Sequence record: DRR378314_301 | Reading direction: 5' to 3' (one strand) | DNA: 38,602 bases | In this document: positions 1 through 7,869 of the stretch, in pieces | Position numbering within the stretch: position 1 is the first letter of the stretch | How the letters are laid out: each line of letters starts with the position of its first letter | The notes under the pieces: generated by a model | The model's database searches: none | What the model was told of the DNA's origin: nothing | What the model saw: the letters and a program-made list of their open reading frames with translations, nothing else | Translations under genes and position numbers: made by a program

Positions 1-1
1 G

Positions 2-601
2 TTGAAGCGCCTGCAACGAGAGCTGGGTATCACGTTTGTATTCGTCACCCACGACCAGGAAGAAGCCCTGTCGATGTCGGACCGGGTGGTGGTTCTGAGG
101 GAGGGTACAATCCAGCAACTGGGTACGCCACGGGAAATCTATGAGCGGCCTGCCAATCTGTTTACCGCCCGGTTCGTGGGTGAGACCAACCTTTTCCCGG
201 GCTATCTGACCGCTGTCGAAGAAGGCGGCATCACACTGGATATCCTGGGCCTGAGCCGTACCTTGCAGAAGCCCGGATTCACGCTGCGTGAAGGCGAGCG
301 GGTGAATGTGCTGCTGCGTCCGGAAGATATTCGAGTGCTGGCACCGGAAGATGAAAGGGGCCTGGCGGGTAAAATCGTGGAGCGTAACTACAAGGGCAGT
401 ACGCTGGACTCGGTGATTCACCTTGAGGACGGTACCGAAGTGCTGGCCAGCGAATTCTTTGATGAAGACGACCCCACGTTTGACTACAAACTGGGTGAGC
501 CTGTCAGGGTCAGTTGGGTCGACGGTTGGGAATGGTTGTTGCCGGTTGAACTGGAGCCCGTAAACACCGACGCCGTTGCAGGGCTTGGCGCGGATGCATA
601 G
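2..601 (+). CDS. potA: Spermidine/putrescine ABC transporter ATP-binding subunit (5'-truncated by window edge)
   Basis: Switch region [30 protein letters not shown] and a C-terminal TOBE-like region; overlaps the next permease gene. Confidence 0.9.
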   Translation: MKRLQRELGITFVFVTHDQEEALSMSDRVVVLREGTIQQLGTPREIYERPANLFTARFVGETNLFPGYLTAVEEGGITLDILGLSRTLQKPGFTLREGERVNVLLRPEDIRVLAPEDERGLAGKIVERNYKGSTLDSVIHLEDGTEVLASEFFDEDDPTFDYKLGEPVRVSWVDGWEWLLPVELEPVNTDAVAGLGADA

Positions 602-1454
602 GGTATTACAACAGCCCTTCAAAACGGCGGTGCTGGTTCTGGTATGGGGCTGGCTGCTGCTCTTGGTGCTGACCCCGAACCTGCTTGTGGTGGGCGCCAG
701 TCTGATGACGCGGGACGCAGGCACCTTCCTTTCGCTGCCGCTGAACCTGGACAGTTACCGACAGCTGTTCGACCCACTGTACCTCGATGTGTTCCTCAAC
801 TCCCTCTACATGGCTGGCATGACAACCTTCTTCTGCCTGCTGATCGGTTATCCCTTTGCCTGGGCGCTGTCTGGCCTGGGCAAGCAACGCCAGACCCTGT
901 TGATCTTACTGCTGATTGTACCGTTCTGGACCAACTCCCTGGTGCGTACCTATGCCCTCAAACTTCTGCTGGCGACAAACGGGCTGATCAATAACGCACT
1001 GATGGGGGTGGGCCTGATCGATGAACCACTGAAAATGCTCTACACCGAAGGGGCCGTCATCATCGGCCTGGTGTATCTGTTACTGCCGTTCATGATACTG
1101 CCGTTGTACTCCGTGTTTGATGATCTCAAGCAGGAATTGTTGATGGCGTCCCATGATTTGGGGGCCGGTAAGCTGTCAACCTTCCTGCACGTTACGATCC
1201 CCCTGACTTTGCCGGGTGTTCTGGCGGGCGTGATGCTGGTGCTGTTGCCTGCCATGGGTCTGTTCTTCGTGGCCGATATACTGGGTGGCTCCCGTAACCT
1301 GCTCGTCGGCAACGTCATCAAGAATCAGTTCCTGGATGCCCGGGACTGGCCCTTCGGCGCCGCCGCGAGCATTCTGCTGACGGTGGCCATGGCGGTGCTG
1401 CTGTTTGCCCACAGGCTCAGTCAGCGGCGAATCGGCGAGGAGGCCAGAGCATGA
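594..1454 (+). CDS. potB: Polyamine ABC transporter permease
   Basis: Hydrophobic helices, [13 protein letters not shown] and ASHDLGA (EAA-like loop), [11 protein letters not shown] at 594 overlaps the end of potA. Confidence 0.9.
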   Translation: MHRVLQQPFKTAVLVLVWGWLLLLVLTPNLLVVGASLMTRDAGTFLSLPLNLDSYRQLFDPLYLDVFLNSLYMAGMTTFFCLLIGYPFAWALSGLGKQRQTLLILLLIVPFWTNSLVRTYALKLLLATNGLINNALMGVGLIDEPLKMLYTEGAVIIGLVYLLLPFMILPLYSVFDDLKQELLMASHDLGAGKLSTFLHVTIPLTLPGVLAGVMLVLLPAMGLFFVADILGGSRNLLVGNVIKNQFLDARDWPFGAAASILLTVAMAVLLFAHRLSQRRIGEEARA

Positions 1455-2221
1455 ACCGCTGGCTGCCAAGAACCTACCTTGCGATAGTGTATGCGCTGCT
1501 TTACCTGCCGATCCTGGTACTGGTGGTGTTCTCGTTCAACAGTTCCCGTACCGGTTACCGCTGGGGCGGGCTCAGCCTGCAATGGTACGAGTCGCTGTTC
1601 AACAACCACGCCATGGTGCAGGCGATGTGGAATTCGCTTTGGTTGGCGCTGGCGGCTGCGACTGTGTCGACGATCATCGGGGCGTTGACGGCGCTGGCCC
1701 TTCACCGCTATCGGTTTCATGGCAAGCGGGTGCTGAGGGGCATGTTGTTCGTGGTGATGATGTCACCGGAAATCGTGCTGGCCATATCCCTGCTGGCTTT
1801 GTTTCTGCTGGTGGGTATTCAGTTGGGGTTTGTCTCTCTGCTGTTGGCCCATGTAACGTTTTGCCTGCCATTCGTGGTCATCACCGTGATGGCACGATTG
1901 AGCGGGTTTGATGAAAGCCTGCCCGAAGCGGCTCGGGATCTTGGCGCCAATGACTTCACGATGACCCGCACGGTACTGATTCCCGTGATCATGCCGGCCC
2001 TGTTGGCCGGGTGGCTGTTGGGTTTTACTCTGTCACTGGACGATGTGGTGGTGAGCACCTTTGTGAGTGGCCCCAGCTATGAGATTCTGCCGTTACGCAT
2101 CTACTCTATGGTGCGGGTGGGCCTGAAACCGGAAGTGAACGCCCTGGGTACCCTGCTACTGGTGTTCTCCCTGGCGATGTTGATGCTGTCCCAATGGATA
2201 CTGACAAGGAGCAAACGATGA
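1451..2221 (+). CDS. potC: Polyamine ABC transporter permease
   Basis: LYLPILVLVVFSFN, EAARDLGA loop, FTLSLDD, PEVNALGT; ATGA overlap with potB. Confidence 0.9.
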   Translation: MNRWLPRTYLAIVYALLYLPILVLVVFSFNSSRTGYRWGGLSLQWYESLFNNHAMVQAMWNSLWLALAAATVSTIIGALTALALHRYRFHGKRVLRGMLFVVMMSPEIVLAISLLALFLLVGIQLGFVSLLLAHVTFCLPFVVITVMARLSGFDESLPEAARDLGANDFTMTRTVLIPVIMPALLAGWLLGFTLSLDDVVVSTFVSGPSYEILPLRIYSMVRVGLKPEVNALGTLLLVFSLAMLMLSQWILTRSKR

Positions 2222-3261
2222 AGAAACTGGCGCTGGCGGGCCTGATGGCTGCAACCCTGACCGGATGTGGCTCTCAGGAGGAACCTCAGGTACTGAACCT
2301 GTACAACTGGTCCGAGTATATGCCGCAGGACGTGTTGGATCGTTTCGAGGAAGAAACCGGTATCCAGGTGGTTTACACCACCTACGACAGCAACGAGGCC
2401 ATGTATGCCCGCCTGAAACTGCTTGATGAAAGCGGCCAGTACGACCTGGCACTGCCCTCCACCTATTACGTCAACAAGATGCGCAAGGAGGGGTTGCTTG
2501 AGAAGATCGATCACGAAAAGCTGGACGGCTTCGAAAAGCTGGATCCCGAGCTGACAAACCTGGATATCGATCCCAACAACGAATACAGCGTTCCCTACCT
2601 TTGGGGCACGACAGGGCTGGCCTACGACGCCAATGACGTTGAGGGTGAAGAAGTAACGGCCTGGTCGGATCTGTGGGACGAGAAATACGCGGGGCGTGTC
2701 ATGCTGACCAATGACATGCGCGAGGTGTTCCACATCGGCCTGAGGGTGCTTGGTTACTCCGGCAACAGCACCGATCCGGAGGAGATTGAGGCGGCTTATG
2801 AAAAGCTGACCGAATTGATGCCCTCGGTACGTACCTTCAACTCAGACGCACCACGAATGCCCTACCTTGAAGGTGAGACTGATATTGGCATGATCTGGAA
2901 CGGTGAAGCCGTGATGGGCGAGGAAGACATGCCGTCCCTGGAATACGTCTACCCGGAAGAGGGCATTATTGTCTGGCTGGACAGCTTTGTGATTCCGAAG
3001 AACGCCGAGAACGCAGATGCGGCTCACAAGTTCATCAGTTTTGTGATGCGGCCGGAGATCTCCGCGCTGATCAGCGAAGACATCGGCTACGCCACGCCCA
3101 ACCTGGCTGCTCGTGAACTCTTGAGCGACGAAGTGGCCAACGACCGCACCAGCTATCCGACGCCCGCAGATCTGACCAATGCCGAGTTCCAGAAGGACGT
3201 GGGCGACGACGCCATGCAGGTCTACACCAAATACTGGGAAATGCTGAAGTCCGGGCAGTAA
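2218..3261 (+). CDS. potD: Polyamine ABC transporter substrate-binding lipoprotein
   Basis: RBS AAGGAG before ATG 2218 (ATGA overlap with potC); lipobox LTGC; LYNWSEYM, YDSNEAMYARL, PYLWGTTG and WNGEA motifs typical of PotD. Confidence 0.9.
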   Translation: MKKLALAGLMAATLTGCGSQEEPQVLNLYNWSEYMPQDVLDRFEEETGIQVVYTTYDSNEAMYARLKLLDESGQYDLALPSTYYVNKMRKEGLLEKIDHEKLDGFEKLDPELTNLDIDPNNEYSVPYLWGTTGLAYDANDVEGEEVTAWSDLWDEKYAGRVMLTNDMREVFHIGLRVLGYSGNSTDPEEIEAAYEKLTELMPSVRTFNSDAPRMPYLEGETDIGMIWNGEAVMGEEDMPSLEYVYPEEGIIVWLDSFVIPKNAENADAAHKFISFVMRPEISALISEDIGYATPNLAARELLSDEVANDRTSYPTPADLTNAEFQKDVGDDAMQVYTKYWEMLKSGQ

Positions 3262-3291
3262 ACCGGCAATCGACCCGATTCGCTCCGGAAA

Positions 3292-4248
3292 TCAGATCGC
3301 CGGGGCGATAAAGTCAGGCGCAATACCGGACTGCGCAATGCAGCCCGGTATGTCCATCCCCTGCAGGGACCCCTCGGCGGTCACCAGCAGGGTTTTCATG
3401 CCAGCGTTTTGCCCGCCCAGGATATCCGTATGAAGGGTGTCGCCTACCATGAGTATCTGTTCCGGTGGCACGTTCGAGAAGCGCTCAAGCACGGCCTGGA
3501 AGGCGGGCGCATAGGGCTTGCCGTAGAACTGAGGCAGAACGCCAGTGGCCTCCCGTGCCCGGTGGGCGAAGAATCCGGGTTCCAGGGTCAGGCAGTCGCC
3601 GCGGGGAGCCACCAGATCTGGATTGGCGATTTCCAGTGGTCGCGGCCGCTTCGTCAGCGTGGCCTCCAGTGCCGCCTGCATCTCCTCGCCCCAATCCTCG
3701 CTGCTGAGCATGATCAGGCCGTCATAACCATCCAGTTTCCGTTTCAGTGGCTCCGTAACGGGCGGCCGCACCGGTTGCCAGTTTAGCGGCAGTGTGTCCG
3801 GCTCGGAGCTTTCCGGCGCGATCACACCCCATAGACCTTCGCGTTTCTGGTCTGACAGAGACCGCTCCAGCAACCAGCGACTGGAGATCAACTGTTCCGG
3901 CGTGATGTCGAAACCCATGCGCCGGTATTTCTCCACCAGTTTGGCGTGGCTGGCGGTCGCCGCATTGGAGAGAATCTGGACGTGTTTGCCCATTCTCTGC
4001 AATTCACGAAACCGTTGAATGGCTGCGGGAAAGGCCCTGGGGCCGGCGTTCAGTACGCCAAAGGCATCGAAAACGTATACCTGGAACCGGTCCGCCAGCG
4101 ACGACAGGTTTTCCAACGTGTCCGGGTGAGGCTGCGCTTCGGTTGGCAGGCCTTCCGGCAGCCATCGACGGATAAGCTCATACTGCCGGAAGGCCCGGGC
4201 TGGGGTGGGAGCTATGCCATTAAACGAGGTGGGGTGGGTATCGATCAT
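3292..4248 (-). CDS. HAD-superfamily subfamily IIA hydrolase with atypical motif I (DAFGV)
   Basis: Motif I VFDAFGVL, motif II LSN, cap ANPD, motif III GKPY, motif IV MVGDTLHTDILGG. Starts 4 bp after the phnE stop. Confidence 0.85.
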   Translation of the reverse strand: MIDTHPTSFNGIAPTPARAFRQYELIRRWLPEGLPTEAQPHPDTLENLSSLADRFQVYVFDAFGVLNAGPRAFPAAIQRFRELQRMGKHVQILSNAATASHAKLVEKYRRMGFDITPEQLISSRWLLERSLSDQKREGLWGVIAPESSEPDTLPLNWQPVRPPVTEPLKRKLDGYDGLIMLSSEDWGEEMQAALEATLTKRPRPLEIANPDLVAPRGDCLTLEPGFFAHRAREATGVLPQFYGKPYAPAFQAVLERFSNVPPEQILMVGDTLHTDILGGQNAGMKTLLVTAEGSLQGMDIPGCIAQSGIAPDFIAPAI

Positions 4249-4252
4249 TGGC

Positions 4253-5068
4253 CTAGAGTACCGCCTGGCGTACCCTCGCGGAAACCCATTCGGACACCAC
4301 CACCGTGACCAGTATCACCACGAAAATCATGGTGACCTGATTCCATGCCAGGGTGCTCAGGGATGCCTGCAACTGAAGCCCTAGCCCGCCTGCACCGACG
4401 AGCCCGAGGATGGTGGACTCGCGGATATTGATGTCCCAGCGGAACACGCTGATGCCCCAGAATGCCGGCAGAATCTGCGGCACAATGGCATAGTCAATGA
4501 TTTGCGCACCGGAGGCACCGGTGGCGCGAACCGCCTCAACCTGTTTCACGTCGATTTCCTCAATGGCCTCGTAAAGCAGCTTTGCGACGAATCCGATGGA
4601 ACGCAGCCCGATAGCGACAATGCCCGACAACAGGCCCGGTCCGATAATGGCCACCAGCAACAGTGCCCAGATCAGCGAGTTGATGGAGCGGGATGAGACT
4701 ATGATCAGCAATGCCACCGGCCGTACGAAACGCCGGCTGGGGGTGGTGTTGCTGGCGGCCAGGAAGGCCACCGGGATGGCGATGACCACACCGATAATCG
4801 TGCCCAGGGTTGCAATATTGATGGTGTCCCATAGCGGCGCCCAAAGCTGGTTCACATAGCGCCATGCGGGCGGGAACATACGTTCGCCAATGTCGGCGGC
4901 CTGGTCCGGTGCGTCCGATACAAAAGCCCAAATGGTATTCTGGTTCATCAATTCCCAGCAGAATACGGTCAGGGCCACCAGCCAAAACCATACCGCCCAT
5001 CGCGCCAGTTGCTGTTTACCGGAACGGAACTGCCAGTCTTTTGTGGGGCGGGCATTCACGTCTGTCAC
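4253..5068 (-). CDS. phnE: Phosphonate-type ABC transporter permease
   Basis: PPAW, TINIATLGT, EAVRATGA, RWDINIRESTILGLVGAGGLG. GTG at 5068 forms a GTGA overlap with the upstream stop; alternative start 5077. Confidence 0.88.
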   Translation of the reverse strand: MTDVNARPTKDWQFRSGKQQLARWAVWFWLVALTVFCWELMNQNTIWAFVSDAPDQAADIGERMFPPAWRYVNQLWAPLWDTINIATLGTIIGVVIAIPVAFLAASNTTPSRRFVRPVALLIIVSSRSINSLIWALLLVAIIGPGLLSGIVAIGLRSIGFVAKLLYEAIEEIDVKQVEAVRATGASGAQIIDYAIVPQILPAFWGISVFRWDINIRESTILGLVGAGGLGLQLQASLSTLAWNQVTMIFVVILVTVVVSEWVSARVRQAVL

Positions 5069-5868
5069 TGGACCCACCTGCGGATATGTGAGGAGGAGTA
5101 CTCAACCGCCAGCACAATGGCGATGATGATGATCAGGATGGCGCCCGCGGAGTCGTACTCGTAGCGATCAATGGCCGTGTTGAGGGTGGCGCCGATGCCG
5201 CCGGCCCCGACAATGCCGATCACCGCGGATTCGCGGAAATTGATATCCAGGCGATACAGGGATAATCCAACAAGACGGGGCATTACCTGGGGCTGTACCG
5301 CGTAGTTCACCACTTGCCACCAGCCCGCTCCGGTGGCGCGGATGGCTTCAATCTGGTTGCGGTCACAGGCTTCGATGTCTTCGGCCAACAGTTTCGAGAG
5401 AAAGCCGATCGAGGCAAACGCCAGGGTGAGGAAACCGGCAAAGGGGCCAAACCCGAACATTGCCACCAGGAGAATGGCGATGATCACCTCCTGGAAGGAG
5501 CGGGACAGGGTGATAATGGCCCGACAGGCGAGGTAGACGGGTGCCGGTGCCAGGTTGCGGGCAGCGCCAATGCCAATGGGCACCGAGACCAGGATGCCTG
5601 CCACCGTGGAGGTGACCGTCATGGTCAGGCTTTCAATCAGTCCCGCCCGGATATCGGTCCAGCGGGACGTGAAGTCTGGCACCAGGAAGCCTTCCACAAA
5701 GCGCCAGCCGCGCTCAAGCCCTTCGTACACTCGCATCCAGTTGACCTCAACGGTCTGCAGGGCCAGTGTCAGATAGATGACCGCGCCAACGTAGAATACC
5801 CGTCGCCAGAACGGATTTTTCAGCAGAACCGGCGGGCGCTTCCAGGTGGAGGGCATGGTGTTGGACAA
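5065..5868 (-). CDS. phnE: Phosphonate-type ABC transporter permease
   Basis: EAIRATGA, YRLDINFRESAVIGIVGAGGIG. Start either TTG 5868 (GGAGGG upstream) or ATG 5856. Confidence 0.88.
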   Translation of the reverse strand: MSNTMPSTWKRPPVLLKNPFWRRVFYVGAVIYLTLALQTVEVNWMRVYEGLERGWRFVEGFLVPDFTSRWTDIRAGLIESLTMTVTSTVAGILVSVPIGIGAARNLAPAPVYLACRAIITLSRSFQEVIIAILLVAMFGFGPFAGFLTLAFASIGFLSKLLAEDIEACDRNQIEAIRATGAGWWQVVNYAVQPQVMPRLVGLSLYRLDINFRESAVIGIVGAGGIGATLNTAIDRYEYDSAGAILIIIIAIVLAVEYSSSHIRRWVQ

Positions 5869-5870
5869 AC

Positions 5871-6689
5871 CTAGACACCCTCCGCCAGATCAACGGCAGG
5901 GGAGTCCCTGCCATCGTCTTCATCGGATTGGTCCTGGCGCACCTGGGCCCAGTCTTCCTCACCGTAGATGCGGGTCAGCACGTCGTCAGTCAGCCCTTCC
6001 GGTTTGCCGTCAAACACCACTTCACCAGCGCGCAGGCCGATGATGCGGTCAGAGAACTGCTGGGCCAGCATGACATCGTGGATGTTGATGATCGCCGGCA
6101 GGTTGCGTTCCCGGCAAACCGTCTGGATCAATCGCATGATCTGGCGGGAGGTCTTTGGGTCCAGGGAGGCGGTGGGTTCATCCACCAGAAGCAGTTCCGG
6201 GTTCTGCTCCAGCGCCCGTGCGATGCCCACTCGCTGTCGCTGGCCGCCCGAGAGGGCATCCGCCCGCTTATTGTAGTGCTCTGCCAGACCGACCTTGTCC
6301 AGCAGCGAAAAGGCAAGGCTGATGTCGTCGCGATTGAAACGGCGCAAAAACGATCGCCACCCGGCGACATAGCCCAGCCTTCCCGACAGGACGTTTTCCA
6401 TCACCGTCAGTCGTTCCACCAGGGCATATTCCTGGAAAATCATACCGATGCGTCGCCTGGCCTTGCGCAATGCCCGACCGCGGAGGGTGGTCAGTTCGGT
6501 ATCGCCCAGGACGATTGAGCCCCGGGACGGTTCGACGAGCCGGTTGATGCAGCGGATCAGTGTGGACTTTCCTGCACCGGAAGGGCCAATCAGGCCGATC
6601 ACCTGCCCCGCCGGCACGGTAAAGCTGATGTCGGTCAGGGCCTGGTCGCCGGTGCGATAGGTTTTCGAAAGGTGGTTGAGCTCGAGCAC
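5871..6689 (-). CDS. phnC: Phosphonate-type ABC transporter ATP-binding subunit
   Basis: Walker [52 protein letters not shown]. Confidence 0.9.
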   Translation of the reverse strand: MLELNHLSKTYRTGDQALTDISFTVPAGQVIGLIGPSGAGKSTLIRCINRLVEPSRGSIVLGDTELTTLRGRALRKARRRIGMIFQEYALVERLTVMENVLSGRLGYVAGWRSFLRRFNRDDISLAFSLLDKVGLAEHYNKRADALSGGQRQRVGIARALEQNPELLLVDEPTASLDPKTSRQIMRLIQTVCRERNLPAIINIHDVMLAQQFSDRIIGLRAGEVVFDGKPEGLTDDVLTRIYGEEDWAQVRQDQSDEDDGRDSPAVDLAEGV

Positions 6690-6709
6690 AGTAACCTGCC
6701 GTGGCCGGA

Positions 6710-7660
6710 TTAACGGCAGTTGTATTCAACGCCGTTGGCATCGTCGATCTTGCGGATCACTTCCCAGTGTTCCTTGAAGGTGATCGGGATGAACTGAGCC
6801 TCGCCGGATTTGGAGAATTCTTCTTCCAGTTCTGAGCCTTTCCAGTCGAAGGTGAAGAAGGCTTCCTGGATCTGTTCCTGGAGTTCCGGTTTCAGGTTAT
6901 GGGCGATGCCATAGCCGGTGGTCGGGAAGGTTTGTGATTTATAGAGGCTGACGATCTGGTCGTCGCTCACCACATCCCGTTGCAACATACGATTGAGTAC
7001 CGAGTTGGCAATCGCCGCGGCTTGGTAATCCTTGTTGGCGACGCCCAGGATGGAGTTGTCGTGCTTGCCTGAAAACACGGGCTCAAAGTCCTCTTCGGGA
7101 ACCATGTTGTAGTCGGCCTTGAGGATGGCCGAGGGCGCCTTGAAGCCGGAGTTGGACGTCTGGGAGGTGAACGCCAGCTCTCCTCCGCGAATGTCCTCCA
7201 CCTTTTCAACGCCGGAGCCCGGGTAAGTGATGATCTCCATCTCATACCCGAAGGAGCCATCAGCGGCAGCCATCATGGTAAAGGGCCGAAAGCCTGCACA
7301 GGCCACGGCCAGGGGATTGGAGCCCGTGTTAAACCCGGCAATGTGGAGGCGGCCTGCTCGCATCGCTTCAATCTGGGCAGCATTGGACTGAACCGGGAAG
7401 AACTGCACCTGTTTGCCGGTGACGTCCGACAGATGGTCGAGGAAACCGGACCACACCTCACGATAGACCGCTGGATCTTCAACCGGTGTATAGGCGAACA
7501 CCAGGGTGGATGGGTCCGTCTGCTGTTCTGCCTGTGATGGGATGTCTGCAACAAGGTCGCCATCACTATCCTGGTATCGTGAGTCCAGTTTGAAGGCGCT
7601 GTGGGCAGCGGCGGGCAGGAGTATCGAGGCAATGGCGACAGCAGCGATGGTACGGTTCAT
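6710..7660 (-). CDS. phnD: PhnD/PtxB-family periplasmic phosph(on)ate-binding protein
   Basis: Sec signal peptide (MNRTIAAVA...AHS-A); AQIEAMRAG, anion-binding [16 protein letters not shown]; first gene of a phnDCEE operon. Confidence 0.85.
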   Translation of the reverse strand: MNRTIAAVAIASILLPAAAHSAFKLDSRYQDSDGDLVADIPSQAEQQTDPSTLVFAYTPVEDPAVYREVWSGFLDHLSDVTGKQVQFFPVQSNAAQIEAMRAGRLHIAGFNTGSNPLAVACAGFRPFTMMAAADGSFGYEMEIITYPGSGVEKVEDIRGGELAFTSQTSNSGFKAPSAILKADYNMVPEEDFEPVFSGKHDNSILGVANKDYQAAAIANSVLNRMLQRDVVSDDQIVSLYKSQTFPTTGYGIAHNLKPELQEQIQEAFFTFDWKGSELEEEFSKSGEAQFIPITFKEHWEVIRKIDDANGVEYNCR

Positions 7661-7698
7661 GAGGCAGTTCCTTGTGTCTTGTTGATGACGTGAATATG

Positions 7699-7732
7699 AC
7701 ACTACGGAAACTGTGTGATGGTTTTGTGACAG
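7699..7732 (-). promoter_or_regulatory. Pho box (PhoB site) plus -10 element of the phnD operon
   Basis: Minus strand reads CTGTCAC-AAAA-CCATCAC (7732-7715), 10 nt, then TAGTGT (7704-7699). Matches the CTGTCAT-N4-CTGTCAY consensus with canonical spacing. Confidence 0.7.
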
Positions 7733-7869
7733 AGCGAGCTGGCTAAACCTGACGGCGTTGTGACCGCTGCAGTTATTACTTGTGTTTCTTACGCACCTGG
7801 GAGAGTTTAACAGCTAAGGTATTGTATAATTGTATTCCTGTACCGTTTAGCGACAGGCACTCTCATTGT

